A stretch of 64,000 nucleotides of DNA from Terriglobia bacterium (GCA_963748015.1 CAVVHE010000004.1:96001-160000), one strand, 5' to 3'; numbered from the stretch's first letter, positions 10,674 to 20,760 are shown. Made by a program: numbers and translations. The notes: generated from the letters alone by a model not told the origin.

Positions 10674-11627
10674 ATGCTCTCGAAGATCGGGGTCATCGGC
10701 GGCGGAAACATCGGCGGCGTTCTGGTTCAAGAGATCGCCCGCAGGGGGCTCGCGCGTTCCGTGGGACTCGTGGACATCGTGCCGCCCGACCTCGCCAAGG
10801 GGAAAGCTCTCGACATCGCGGAGGGGACGCCCATCCTGCGCGCGGACGTCAGGTTCGACGCGGGAAAGGAATACGACGTCCTCGCGGGCTCCGAGATCGT
10901 CATCAACACCGCCGGGGTTCCGCGCAAGCCGCGTCCGGACGGGACGGTTCCCTCGCGGGAAGAGCTGCTGGCGACGAATCTCAAGATCACGGACGCGGTC
11001 GCCGAGGGCATCTCCAAGTTCTGCCCCGGGGCCACGGTCATTTCGATCGCCAACCCGCTCGACGCGATCGTCTACCGGCTGTACAAGAAGCTCTCCCCGC
11101 CGAAGGCCAAGATCATGGGGATGGCGGGGGTGCTCGACTCGGCCCGCTACCGGTACTTCGTCTCGCAGGCGGCGGGGGTCAGCGTGACCAGCGTCGAGGC
11201 GCTCGTGCTGGGTGGCCACGGCGACGACATGGTGCCCGTCCGCTCGTGTTGCCGCGTGGCCGGGATGCCGGTCGAGAAGTTCGTCTCGGGCGAGACCCTG
11301 GACGCGATCGAGAAGCGGACCCGCGGCGCCGGCGGCGAGGTGGTCAAGCTCCTCGGGGTGGGGTCCGCGTTCGCCTCTCCCGCCTGGGCCGCCCTCGAGA
11401 TGGCCGAGGCGATCGTGTTCGACCAGAAGAAGATCCTCCCGGTCGCCGCGCTGCTGAACGGCGAGTACGGCGTCAAGGGGCTGTTCCTGGGCGTTCCGTG
11501 CGTGCTCGGCGCGGGCGGGATCGAGAAGATCATCGAGGTGGACCTGAACGACGCCGAGAAGGCGATGTTCAAGAAGTCGGTCGACTCCGTGGCCGGCTCG
11601 GCCGCCGAAGTGGACAAGATGGCGTGA
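10674..11627 (+). CDS. mdh: malate dehydrogenase (LDH-like MDH)
   Basis: GGGNIG, TAGVPRKP, IANPLD, GVLDSARY and LGGHGD all intact; GAGGAG RBS. Confidence 0.92.
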   Translation: MLSKIGVIGGGNIGGVLVQEIARRGLARSVGLVDIVPPDLAKGKALDIAEGTPILRADVRFDAGKEYDVLAGSEIVINTAGVPRKPRPDGTVPSREELLATNLKITDAVAEGISKFCPGATVISIANPLDAIVYRLYKKLSPPKAKIMGMAGVLDSARYRYFVSQAAGVSVTSVEALVLGGHGDDMVPVRSCCRVAGMPVEKFVSGETLDAIEKRTRGAGGEVVKLLGVGSAFASPAWAALEMAEAIVFDQKKILPVAALLNGEYGVKGLFLGVPCVLGAGGIEKIIEVDLNDAEKAMFKKSVDSVAGSAAEVDKMA

Positions 11628-11636
11628 GTTTCGGGT

Positions 11637-11671
11637 CGCGCTGCCGCCGGGCGAAACCCGGCGGCAGCGCG
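11637..11671. terminator. GC-rich stem-loop between convergent genes
   Basis: cgcgctgccgccggg-cgaaa-cccggcggcagcgcg, 15-bp perfect stem; no clear U-tract. Confidence 0.55.
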
Positions 11672-11708
11672 GTCTCGACGCGCGCGAAGGGAATCGCCGC
11701 TCCCCGCC

Positions 11709-12434
11709 TCACCGCGGCTTCAGGACCTTCGTGATCAGCGCGGCGTGCACGGCCTCCGCGGCGCTCGCAGCACCCAGCAGGTCCGTGTTGACGACGAGGT
11801 CGTAGCCGAGTGGATCGTCGATGTCGCGGTGGTAGACCTGCCGGATGAACGCGGCGCGTCCCGCGTCCGCGGCCCGCACCTTGCGCTCCGCCTCCTTGGC
11901 CGCGATCCCGTCGCGCTCGGAGATTCGCCTCGCGCGGGTGTCGAACGAGGCGATCGCGCGGATTCTCAATCCGTAGCGGGAGTCGAGGAACCAGTTCGCC
12001 CCGCGGCCGAGCAGGATCACGTTGCCGTGCCTCGCCAGCGCCCAGATGACCTTCCCCATCTCCTTCAGGTAGGTGAGCTGGTCGAGGTGGTCCGGCACGA
12101 GGAGCACGTTGAGCAGCTCCTCGAACCGGCTCACGGCCTTCTCGTCGAGGCGGGAGAGGAGCCTGTCGCGCGAGTGCGTCTCCCGTGCGATCGCCTCGAC
12201 GATCTCCTTGTCGAAGATCTGCCAGCCGAGCTTTCTTCCCAGGATTTCCGCCATGCGGCCCGCGTCGGAGCCGAGCTGCTTCGAGAAGGAGATCCACGGC
12301 CCTTCGGGAAGGTGGGCGAACTCCCGTCGCGAGGTCTCGCTCCCCTCGGCGGCCAGCCGCCGCTTCAGGTCCGACTCGTGCACCTGTCGTTGGATGAGGC
12401 GCTCGATGCGAAGATGGTCGGTGTCGGATCCCAT
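11709..12434 (-). CDS. cytidylate kinase-like family protein
   Basis: ISFSKQLGS, LGWQIFDKEI, VILLGRGA and DPLGYDLVVNT motifs. Confidence 0.85.
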   Translation of the reverse strand: MGSDTDHLRIERLIQRQVHESDLKRRLAAEGSETSRREFAHLPEGPWISFSKQLGSDAGRMAEILGRKLGWQIFDKEIVEAIARETHSRDRLLSRLDEKAVSRFEELLNVLLVPDHLDQLTYLKEMGKVIWALARHGNVILLGRGANWFLDSRYGLRIRAIASFDTRARRISERDGIAAKEAERKVRAADAGRAAFIRQVYHRDIDDPLGYDLVVNTDLLGAASAAEAVHAALITKVLKPR

Positions 12435-12500
12435 GGCGCACCTCCAACTTCTCCTTCGATTTTACTACTCTTTCCGGCCCGCGGAGCGCTGCCCGCCGGG

Positions 12501-12516
12501 GCAGCTTCCGTGCCAA
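12501..12516 (-). promoter_or_regulatory. putative sigma-54 (-24/-12) promoter
   Basis: Minus strand TTGGCACGGAAGCTGC matches TGGCAC-N5-(T/C)TGC, about 65 nt upstream of ATG 12434. Confidence 0.65.
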
Positions 12517-12755
12517 CGAGGCCGGCAAACGGACTCTCGCGGGCAGCGGGCCGGGACCCGGAATCGAGGCTACGGACGATCCCTCCACGGGCGGGACAAC
12601 GCCGCCGCGGCCTCGACCAGAGCGGGGTGGTCCGGAGTGACCCTCGAGTCCCTGAGCCTTGCTCACGAGTTCCGCTTGAGGATTTCGCCCTCTTCCTCCA
12701 AGATCCCGGCCTGGGGGTTCGGCGGCTTCCCGGTCCGGCGCGAGGGGGTGCTGAG

Positions 12756-13766
12756 TTGACTTGCCTCCACCTGGCGATCATCGCGGGCTTGCTGGCTTCG
12801 TCCGTGCAGCCTGGGACACCGGACAAGCCGCTCCGGTTCGCTTGGCCAACCCGCGGCGACGCAACCGTGGAGCTGACCGATGAGCGGAGCGTCGGGGGCG
12901 AGACGCGATCGGTCGTCATCTCGATGCGCCTGCACGTTGAGCCCGACGGTACGTCCGGCCGTTTCGTCCTGCGATTCTCCGACGCCCACATCGTGTCCGT
13001 GGACTACGTTCCCCTCGCCCAGTCGGATCCCACGGCGACGAACGTCGCCGTCGCGCGCGTCATGAGGAGCGCGACGCCGACGATGGTGATCGGTAGCGAC
13101 GGCCGCTACGCGGAGAGCCGGGATCTCGACCGTGCCGTCCGCGAGGTGATCGTCGCCGCGGGATTCCCGCTCATGCCTCCGGGCCTGGGCGCGTTCAAGG
13201 CCCTCCTGAGCGACTCCGCGCGATCCGACTGGAACGGCTGGGTGGGTGCTTGGCTCGGAAGGAGCCTGAAGCCGGGGGCTTGGACGCGGATCGAAGGCGT
13301 CTGGCCGCTCGACGACACGCCCGTGCCGGTGAAGGTGACTCTCCGCGGACTTCCGTCGGGCGCCGCGCCGGGGAGAACAAAGCTCCAGGCCACGGCGGTT
13401 TACCCCTCGAAATCGGTCCGGCGCTACGCCGGCGGATTCCTGATCGACATGGCCCGCGACGCGAAGGAACTCGGAGACGACGACACCGTCGCGAGCGCTC
13501 GATTCCTGGAGCGCGCGCAGTTCAGCCCCGTGACCGAGAAGCTCACCGCGGATCTCGAGACCGCGACGATGAGACCGCTCCTCGTGGAGCGTGAGCGCGC
13601 ATTCTCGGCGGTCGCCGACGGGCACTGGGTCAGCGGAAACGAAAGGCGAACGCACCGGTTCACCTGGACCGCAGCCGAGGCGTCTCCCTCCGGGGGAAAG
13701 GACGTCGATCCGCGCGCGCCGGCCGATCTCGCCGGGCCGGAGCCCGGCTCGTCGCGCGGCAAGTAA
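12756..13766 (+). CDS. hypothetical exported protein
   Basis: TTG after GAGGGGG; hydrophobic N-terminus LHLAIIAGLLASS then LRFAWP; coding-like frame; start uncertain. Confidence 0.6.
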   Translation: MTCLHLAIIAGLLASSVQPGTPDKPLRFAWPTRGDATVELTDERSVGGETRSVVISMRLHVEPDGTSGRFVLRFSDAHIVSVDYVPLAQSDPTATNVAVARVMRSATPTMVIGSDGRYAESRDLDRAVREVIVAAGFPLMPPGLGAFKALLSDSARSDWNGWVGAWLGRSLKPGAWTRIEGVWPLDDTPVPVKVTLRGLPSGAAPGRTKLQATAVYPSKSVRRYAGGFLIDMARDAKELGDDDTVASARFLERAQFSPVTEKLTADLETATMRPLLVERERAFSAVADGHWVSGNERRTHRFTWTAAEASPSGGKDVDPRAPADLAGPEPGSSRGK

Positions 13767-13864
13767 CGCGGTCCCTGGAGCCGGAGCCTCCGCGAGGAAG
13801 TTCCTGCTTCGCGGATCGTCGTCCGGCCGCGGTCCCCGCAGTTCCGGAGGCGGAGGGCACCCCG

Positions 13865-14932
13865 CTACGAGACGCGGCCGCGGCGCCCGGGCGTGAACGG
13901 GCGCAGCGGCCCCCGCCGCTCCAGGAACACCGGCACGCGGCGGACGAAGCTGTACTCGGCGGCGCGGCGGTGGATCGCCTTGACCTCGGCGAGGCCGATC
14001 CGGTCCAGGAGGAGGCGGTTCTCGCGCGTCTGGTCGGTGCCGCTCACCGTCGTGTTGTCGGTGCAGATCGCGACCGGGATGCCGTGCTCGAGGAAGGCGA
14101 AGACCGGGTGGGGCTCGCCGGCGGGGACCGCGCCGGTCTGGAAGTTGGAGGTCGGGCAGCACTCGACGAGGATCTTGTCTCGCGCGAGGCGACGGAGGAG
14201 CTTCTTGTCCCGGATCGCGGAGCAGCCGTGGCCGATCCGGTCGGCGCCGAGGACGTCCACCGCCTCCCAGATCCGCTCGGGCCCCTCGTCCTCGCCGGCG
14301 TGGACCGTCATGCCGAGGCCCCCCCGGCGGGCGATCTCGTAGGCCTCGCGGAACAGGCCGGGCGGGTTCCCGCGCTCGGCCCCGGCGAGGTCGAAGCCGA
14401 TCACGCCGGTCCGCTCGTGGAGGTGCTGCGCCTCCGCGATCGCCCCCCGCGCGATGATCTTCGCGATGTGCGGCCCGTGCTGGCGCATCGAGATCACGAT
14501 CAGGCCGGTCTCGAGGTCCCCGTGGCGGCGGACGGCGTGGTTCAGCCCCGAGAGGACCGCGCGGATGGACTGCCTCAGGGTCAGCCCGCCGAACGTGTGG
14601 ATCGCGGGGGAATAGCGCAGCTCGAGGGTCCGTACGCCGTTGGCGTACGCCTCTTCCACGATGTCCTCCGTCACCCGCGTGATGTTCTCGTAGAACTGGG
14701 TGATCCAGAGCGGGTAGTGGAACTTGTCCAGGTAGGAGAGGAGCGACCCCTCGTCCTCCGGCTGGAGCTGCAGGAGCCGCCGCATCTCGCTCAGGGTCGG
14801 CACGGGGTTCAGGCCGTGCTTCTTCATCAGCGCCCACGTTGTCCGGATCGGGATCGAGCCGTCCACGTGCTGGTGCAGCTCGGCTTTGGGGATGGCGACG
14901 ATCGCCCGGTCGGAGGCCTTGATCCGCGACAT
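13865..14932 (-). CDS. add: adenosine/adenine deaminase family protein
   Basis: PKAELHQHVDGS, VHAGE, RIGHG, ECCPTSN and CTDN metal/catalytic motifs. Confidence 0.88.
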   Translation of the reverse strand: MSRIKASDRAIVAIPKAELHQHVDGSIPIRTTWALMKKHGLNPVPTLSEMRRLLQLQPEDEGSLLSYLDKFHYPLWITQFYENITRVTEDIVEEAYANGVRTLELRYSPAIHTFGGLTLRQSIRAVLSGLNHAVRRHGDLETGLIVISMRQHGPHIAKIIARGAIAEAQHLHERTGVIGFDLAGAERGNPPGLFREAYEIARRGGLGMTVHAGEDEGPERIWEAVDVLGADRIGHGCSAIRDKKLLRRLARDKILVECCPTSNFQTGAVPAGEPHPVFAFLEHGIPVAICTDNTTVSGTDQTRENRLLLDRIGLAEVKAIHRRAAEYSFVRRVPVFLERRGPLRPFTPGRRGRVS

Positions 14933-15021
14933 TGCTCGCCCTTTCCGCCGCTTTCCTGCCGGTTGGCGGCCCTGCCGCCGGAGTATAATCTCGCCTCTTA
15001 AACGCAGAAAGGTCGTCATTG

Positions 15022-17154
15022 ATGCCGCTCGACCGACCCCCTATCCGGCTGGTATTGCTCTGGCATTTCCACCAGCCGGATTACACGGACAGCTTCACCG
15101 GCGCCGCCTCGATGCCCTGGACCCGCCTGCATGCCCTGAAGGACTACGCGGACATCGCCGAGCACCTGGCCCTGCACCCGCGCATCCGGGCCACGATCAA
15201 CGTCGTCCCGTCGCTCCTCGACCAGATCCGCGACATCGCGAGCGGCAAGGCCCCGCCCGATCCCTTTCAGGTGGTCGCCGAGCGCCCGGCCTCGTCCCTC
15301 TCCGCCGACGAGCGGCGCTTCGTGGTGAGCCAGTTCTTCTCGTTCAACCGGGACACGATGGCGAAGGGGCTTCGCCGGATCGCGGAGCTGGCGGCCCTCC
15401 GCGGGGACTACGGTCTCGAGGACCTGCCGGCCTCGGTGGTCGAGCGCTTCGACGAGGCCGCCATCCGCGACCTCCAGGTGCTCTTCCACCTCGTCTGGAG
15501 CGGCCCGCTCCTCCACGCCGACCCCCGCGTGCGCGCGCTCCGCGAGAAGGGCCACCGGTACACCGAGGACGACAAGCGGGCGCTCTTCGGGATCCAGAAG
15601 GAGTTCCTGAAGGACGTGCTTCCCAGGTGGAAGCGGCTGTTCGAGGCGGGACAGGTGGAGTTCTCGGTCACCCCTTACTACCACCCGATCCTGCCGCTCC
15701 TCTGCGGGCTCGAGTCGGCCCGCGAGGCGCTGCCCGGGATCCGCCTCCCCGCGGCCTCGTTCCACCACCCGGAGGATGCGCGGATCCAGCTCGACCAGGC
15801 TCTCCGGAGCTTCGAGGCGGAGTTCGGTCGCACCGCCGCGGGAGGCTGGCCGTCCGAGGGCTCGATCTCGGAGACCTCCCTCGGCCTGATGGCCGATGCC
15901 GGATACCGCTGGGCGGCGAGCGACGAGGACGTCCTCTTCGGCTCGCTCGGCGAGACGCTGCCGGCGGACCGGGCGGAGGTCGGCCGCGGGACGCTGCTGT
16001 ACAGGCCGTGGCGGTACGGGAACGGTCCCGTCCTGCTCTTCCGCGACCACGATCTCTCGGACCGGATCGGCTTCGTTTACTCCGCGTGGCCGGCGGCCTC
16101 CGCGGTCGAGGACTTCCTGCGGCGGCTCCACCACCTGCGCGCGGCGCTCCCCCCCGAGGAGGGGCCGTACACCGTCTCGGTCATCCTCGACGGGGAGAAC
16201 GCCTGGGAGTACTACCCCGACAACGGAAAGGTCTTCCTCGACTCCCTTTACTCGGCCCTCGAGTCCGACCCCGGCATCGTGACGATGACCGCGGCGGAGG
16301 CGGCCGACCCCGCGGCCGCGAGGCCGCTTCCGAGGGTGGTCGCGGGCTCCTGGATCGGAAGGAACCTCGCGACCTGGATCGGGCATCCCGAGAAGAACCG
16401 GGCCTGGGAGCTGCTGGCGGAGACGAGGGACGCGATCGAGAGGGCGCGCGGGGCGCCGAGCTTCGAGGATCCCGCCTGGCGGGCCGTGTTCGCGGCCGAG
16501 GGGAGCGACTGGTTCTGGTGGTTCGGCGACGATCACCCGACCGCCCACGCGGCGGAGTTCGACGCGAACTTCCGCCGCAAGCTCCGCTCGGCCTACCGAG
16601 CCGCGGACGTCGAACCCCCGGCGGCGCTGACGGAGCCGATCCGGCGGCACGCGGCCCGGGGGTTCGTCCCTCCGAACGGTCCCGTCCGGGCGACCGTGGA
16701 CGGGCGCGTCACGGACTACTTCGAGTGGCTCACCGCGGGGCGAGCCGAGGCGGCGTCGGGGGCCATGCAGTCGTCGGCGAGGCTGATTCGCGAGCTTCGG
16801 TTCGGACGCGACGACGGGACTCTCTTCCTGCGGCTCGACCCGTTCGAGCCTCCCGCCTCGGCGAGCCTCGGGGGGGCGGTCCTGATCGTCCGGGTCCCCG
16901 GCGCGCCGGAGCGGACGCTGCGCGTCCCGCTCCCCGAGCGGGGCGCGGGGGGTGCCGCCGGCGTCCGGGTCGCGGTGGACCGTATCGTCGAGGCGGCGGT
17001 GCCTGTCGCGGCGCTCGCGGGTCCCGGCGAGGCGGTGAGATTCCAGGTGGAGATCGAGAAGGGGCAGGGCGTTGCGCAGCGCGTGCCCGCCGAGGGAAGC
17101 GTGGCGGTACCCTCTCCGGAGGACGACCCCGCGCAGTTCGACTGGATCCTGTAG
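15022..17154 (+). CDS. glycoside hydrolase family 57 (amylopullulanase-like)
   Basis: WHFHQP, PYYHPILPL, WPSEGS (nucleophile Glu), LDGENAWE (acid/base Asp), AEGSDWFWW. Confidence 0.92.
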   Translation: MPLDRPPIRLVLLWHFHQPDYTDSFTGAASMPWTRLHALKDYADIAEHLALHPRIRATINVVPSLLDQIRDIASGKAPPDPFQVVAERPASSLSADERRFVVSQFFSFNRDTMAKGLRRIAELAALRGDYGLEDLPASVVERFDEAAIRDLQVLFHLVWSGPLLHADPRVRALREKGHRYTEDDKRALFGIQKEFLKDVLPRWKRLFEAGQVEFSVTPYYHPILPLLCGLESAREALPGIRLPAASFHHPEDARIQLDQALRSFEAEFGRTAAGGWPSEGSISETSLGLMADAGYRWAASDEDVLFGSLGETLPADRAEVGRGTLLYRPWRYGNGPVLLFRDHDLSDRIGFVYSAWPAASAVEDFLRRLHHLRAALPPEEGPYTVSVILDGENAWEYYPDNGKVFLDSLYSALESDPGIVTMTAAEAADPAAARPLPRVVAGSWIGRNLATWIGHPEKNRAWELLAETRDAIERARGAPSFEDPAWRAVFAAEGSDWFWWFGDDHPTAHAAEFDANFRRKLRSAYRAADVEPPAALTEPIRRHAARGFVPPNGPVRATVDGRVTDYFEWLTAGRAEAASGAMQSSARLIRELRFGRDDGTLFLRLDPFEPPASASLGGAVLIVRVPGAPERTLRVPLPERGAGGAAGVRVAVDRIVEAAVPVAALAGPGEAVRFQVEIEKGQGVAQRVPAEGSVAVPSPEDDPAQFDWIL

Positions 17155-17167
17155 GAGGAGAGACGCC

Positions 17168-18193
17168 ATGAAGACGATCGGCATCCTGACTGGCGGGGGC
17201 GACTGCCCCGGCCTGAACGCGGTGATACGGGCGGTGGTGCGGCGGGCGGGCGGACGAGGCCATCGCATCCTCGGCATCCGCAAGGGGTGGAAGGGGATGA
17301 TCGTGGGGGACGCGGTCGAGCTGACCCTGGCCACCACGTCGGGGATCCTGCACCGGGGCGGCACGATCCTCGGGACGAGTCGCACGAACCCGTACAAGAA
17401 GCCGGAGGACCTCGAGAAGGTCGAGGAGAACTTCCGCGCGCTGGGCCTCGACGCGCTGATCGCGGTCGGGGGCGAGGACACCCTCGGGGTCGCGGCGCGC
17501 CTCGCGGCGGCGGGGCACCCCGTCGTCGGCGTGCCGAAGACGATCGACAACGACCTGTCGGGGACCGACGTCACGTTCGGCTTCGACACCGCCGTGTCGA
17601 TTGCGACCGAGGCGGTGGACCGGCTGCACAGCACGGCGGAGTCCCATGACCGAACGATCGTCGTGGAGGTGATGGGCCGGCACGCGGGCTGGATCGCCCT
17701 TCATACCGGCCTCGCCGGCGGCGCCGACTACATCCTGGTCCCGGAGCGGCCGGTGGACGTGGACGCGGTCTGCGACGCGATCAGGAGCCGGAGGGCGCGC
17801 GGCAAGAACTTCAGCATCATCGTCGCCGCCGAGGGAGCGGTCCTTCCGGAAGGGGCGGTGACGAAGGACGTCGAGAAGGACGCCTTCGGTCACGTTCTCC
17901 TCGGCGGGATCGGGGAGCGGCTCGCGAAGGAGATCGAGAAGCGCACCGGCTTCGAGACCCGATCGGTGACCCTCGGCCACGTGCAGCGCGGCGGCACGCC
18001 GACGGCGTACGACCGGGTGCTGGCGAGCCGCTACGGCCTTCTCGCCGCCGACCTGGTCGAGGAGGGGAAGTTCGGCATGATGGCGGCTCTCCGAGGCGGG
18101 AAGTTCGAGCCGGTCCCCCTCGCGGACGCCGTGGCGGAGCTCAAGACGGTAGACGCGCCGCTCCTCGACCTCGCGGGCGTATTCTTCGGGTAG
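17168..18193 (+). CDS. pfkA: 6-phosphofructokinase (PfkA family, possibly PPi-dependent)
   Basis: TGGGDCPGLN, GGEDT, PKTIDND, EVMGRHAGW, LGHVQRGG. Confidence 0.93.
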   Translation: MKTIGILTGGGDCPGLNAVIRAVVRRAGGRGHRILGIRKGWKGMIVGDAVELTLATTSGILHRGGTILGTSRTNPYKKPEDLEKVEENFRALGLDALIAVGGEDTLGVAARLAAAGHPVVGVPKTIDNDLSGTDVTFGFDTAVSIATEAVDRLHSTAESHDRTIVVEVMGRHAGWIALHTGLAGGADYILVPERPVDVDAVCDAIRSRRARGKNFSIIVAAEGAVLPEGAVTKDVEKDAFGHVLLGGIGERLAKEIEKRTGFETRSVTLGHVQRGGTPTAYDRVLASRYGLLAADLVEEGKFGMMAALRGGKFEPVPLADAVAELKTVDAPLLDLAGVFFG

Positions 18194-18230
18194 CACTTCG
18201 GGGCGAACGCGCCCCGGGAAAGGACAACGG

Positions 18231-19262
18231 ATGTCGGAGCTGCGACACGACCCGCTCTCGAGGCGGTGGGTGATCATCGCGAAAGAGCGGAGCCGGAGGC
18301 CCGAGGACTTCATCCTGCCGCGGGAGCCTTATCCCGAGCCGAAATTCTGCCCGTTCTGCGCCGGGAACGAGGACAAGACCCCTCCCGAGATCACCGCGAT
18401 CCGCCCCTACGGCTCCCCGCCGAACACCCCCGGCTGGGAGGCGCGCGTCTTCCCGAACAAGTACCCGGCGCTGGCGATCGAGGGGGAGCTCGAGCGCCGC
18501 GCGGTCGGCATGTACGACCGGATGCGGGGGATCGGCGCCCACGAGGTGATCGTCGAGACGCCGACGCACGACCTCCACCTCGCGGACATGGAGCCCACGC
18601 AGATCGAGAAGATTCTCGCGCTCTGCCAGGACCGGCTGCGGGACCTGATGCGGGACGCGCGATTCAAGTACTCGCTCCTGTTCAAGAATCACGGGGCGGC
18701 CGCGGGGGCGGCGCTCTCGCACCCGCACCTGCAGATCATCTCGACCCCGGTCACGCCGAGAGCGATCTCGGTGGAGCTCGAGTCGGCGCGGCAGCACTAT
18801 CACCTGAAGGAGCGGTGCATCTACTGCGACCTGCTGCTCCAGGAGATCGAGGCGCGTGAGCGGATCGTGATCCTCGACGAGCATTTCGCGGTGTTCACGC
18901 CGTACGCCTCGCGGTTCCCGTTCGAGATGCTGCTGATCCCGCGGCGCCACTGCCACTCGTTCGCCGAGGAGCCGCGGCCCGTGCTCGCGGCTCTCGGCCG
19001 CTGCCTGCAGGACCTGATGGCGCGGCTCAAGGGGGTGCTCCGCGATCCCCCGTACAACTTCATGGTGCACACGTCCCCCAACACGGAGACGCTGGTCCGC
19101 CGCCGGAACTACTGGGACACCCTGCCGCTCGACTTCCACTGGCACATCGAGATCCTGCCGCGCCTGACGCGCGTGGCGGGTTTCGAGTGGGGGAGCGGCT
19201 TCTACATCAACCCGACCGCCCCGGAGGAAGCCGCGGCATTCCTCCGGGAGGCGATCCTCTGA
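18231..19262 (+). CDS. galT: galactose-1-phosphate uridylyltransferase / GalT-like HIT nucleotidyltransferase
   Basis: CPFC, FKNHGAAAGAALSHPHLQ (HxHxQ), HWHIEI, GFEWGSG. Confidence 0.9.
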   Translation: MSELRHDPLSRRWVIIAKERSRRPEDFILPREPYPEPKFCPFCAGNEDKTPPEITAIRPYGSPPNTPGWEARVFPNKYPALAIEGELERRAVGMYDRMRGIGAHEVIVETPTHDLHLADMEPTQIEKILALCQDRLRDLMRDARFKYSLLFKNHGAAAGAALSHPHLQIISTPVTPRAISVELESARQHYHLKERCIYCDLLLQEIEARERIVILDEHFAVFTPYASRFPFEMLLIPRRHCHSFAEEPRPVLAALGRCLQDLMARLKGVLRDPPYNFMVHTSPNTETLVRRRNYWDTLPLDFHWHIEILPRLTRVAGFEWGSGFYINPTAPEEAAAFLREAIL

Positions 19263-19269
19263 GGGGCAC

Positions 19270-20760
19270 GTGCGCGTCCTGATGGCTTCCGCGGAGCTGT
19301 GGCCCCTCGCCAAGGTCGGCGGTCTCGCCGACATGGTGGGGTCGCTCGCCCGCGCCCTCGGCGGCCTCGGGCACGAGGTGGTCTGCGCGCTCCCGCGGTT
19401 TCCGGAGACGGATGCGGCCCTCGGACAGGGCGCGCGCGAGACCGGTGCGTCCGAGGTGGAGGTGAAGGTCAGGCGCGGGCGCGGGGCCGTCCGCATCGTG
19501 CGGGTCGAGGGCGGCGCCCTCCCGTCGGCCGTCCTGCTCTTCGACCACGAGCTGCTCCGCCGTCCCGGGATCTACGTGGATCCGGCGACGCGTCTCGGCT
19601 ACGCGGACAACGGGTTGCGCTGGGCCCTCTTCTGCCGGGCGGTCCACGCCTTCCTGGGCACGGACGGCTGGGTGCCGGACATCGTCCACGCCCACGACCA
19701 CCAGACGGCCCTGGTCCCGGCCCTGATCCGGTGGGTCGAGCCGCACGGGGCCGCCCGACCCGCCAGCGTGTTCACCATCCACAATCTCGGCTACCAGGGG
19801 ATCGAGCCGCGGTCCTGGGTCGAGGACTCGGGACTCCCGCCGGGGCTCGATCTTCCGGGCGGCCCGCTGGAGTTTCACGGCAAGGCCAACCTGATGAAGC
19901 TCGGGCTCGAGGCGGCCGACCTGCTCACCACGGTCTCCCCGCGGTACGCCGAGGAGATCCGCAGCGGACCGGAGTTCGGGGCGGGGCTCGAGGGGGTGCT
20001 CTCCGGAAAAGCCTCCCGCCTGACCGGGATCCTGAACGGGATCGACACCGAGGTCTGGAATCCCGCCACCGATCCGCACCTGCCGTTCCATTACGGTCCC
20101 GGCAGCCTCGAGAACAAGGCGAAGGTCAAGGAGGCGCTCCTCCGGGAAGCGGGGCTCACGCCCCCCGGGCCGGGCGTTCCGCTCGTGGGGATGGTCACGC
20201 GACTCGTGGGACAGAAGGGGCTCGACCTCTTGGTGCCGGTGCTCGACGCGATCCTCGAGGACGGGATCCGGATCGCGATCCTCGGCGAGGGCGAGGCGCG
20301 CTTCGAGAGCGCGCTTCGGGAGGCCGCGTCGAGGCACCCGGGGTGTCTCGCGTTCATGACGGGGCACGACGAGGGGCTCGCGCACCGCATCGAGGCGGGC
20401 TCCGACGTCTTCCTCATGCCGTCCCACTACGAGCCGTGCGGGCTGAATCAGATGTACAGCCTGCGCTACGGGACCGTCCCGCTGGTCCGTGCGGTGGGGG
20501 GGCTCGCCGACACGGTGGTGGATCTCGACGAGAACCCCGAGCGCTCGAACGGCTTCGTGTTCCGGGCCTACGAGCCGGCGGACCTGCTCCTGACGGTGCG
20601 CCGCGCGGCGCGCGCCTTCCGCGAGCGGAAGCTCTGGCGCGGGCTCGTCGAGCGAGGGATGAGAGCGGATTTCTCGTGGGATCGCTCGGCGCGGGAGTAC
20701 GTGGCGGTTTACGAGCGGGCGGTCGCCGAGCGCTCGCGCAGGCGTCCGGGGAACGCATGA
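19270..20760 (+). CDS. glgA: glycogen synthase (GT5)
   Basis: KVGGLAD, HAHDHQ, FTIHNLGYQG, RLVGQKG, YEPCGLNQMY. Confidence 0.95.
   Translation: MRVLMASAELWPLAKVGGLADMVGSLARALGGLGHEVVCALPRFPETDAALGQGARETGASEVEVKVRRGRGAVRIVRVEGGALPSAVLLFDHELLRRPGIYVDPATRLGYADNGLRWALFCRAVHAFLGTDGWVPDIVHAHDHQTALVPALIRWVEPHGAARPASVFTIHNLGYQGIEPRSWVEDSGLPPGLDLPGGPLEFHGKANLMKLGLEAADLLTTVSPRYAEEIRSGPEFGAGLEGVLSGKASRLTGILNGIDTEVWNPATDPHLPFHYGPGSLENKAKVKEALLREAGLTPPGPGVPLVGMVTRLVGQKGLDLLVPVLDAILEDGIRIAILGEGEARFESALREAASRHPGCLAFMTGHDEGLAHRIEAGSDVFLMPSHYEPCGLNQMYSLRYGTVPLVRAVGGLADTVVDLDENPERSNGFVFRAYEPADLLLTVRRAARAFRERKLWRGLVERGMRADFSWDRSAREYVAVYERAVAERSRRRPGNA

Noticed and set aside
10925..10950. Shared RPDG/ccggacggg between the MDH insertion, the SucC insertion and the 3447 palindrome
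   Set aside because: A 9-10 bp GC-rich match is expected by chance at this GC content.
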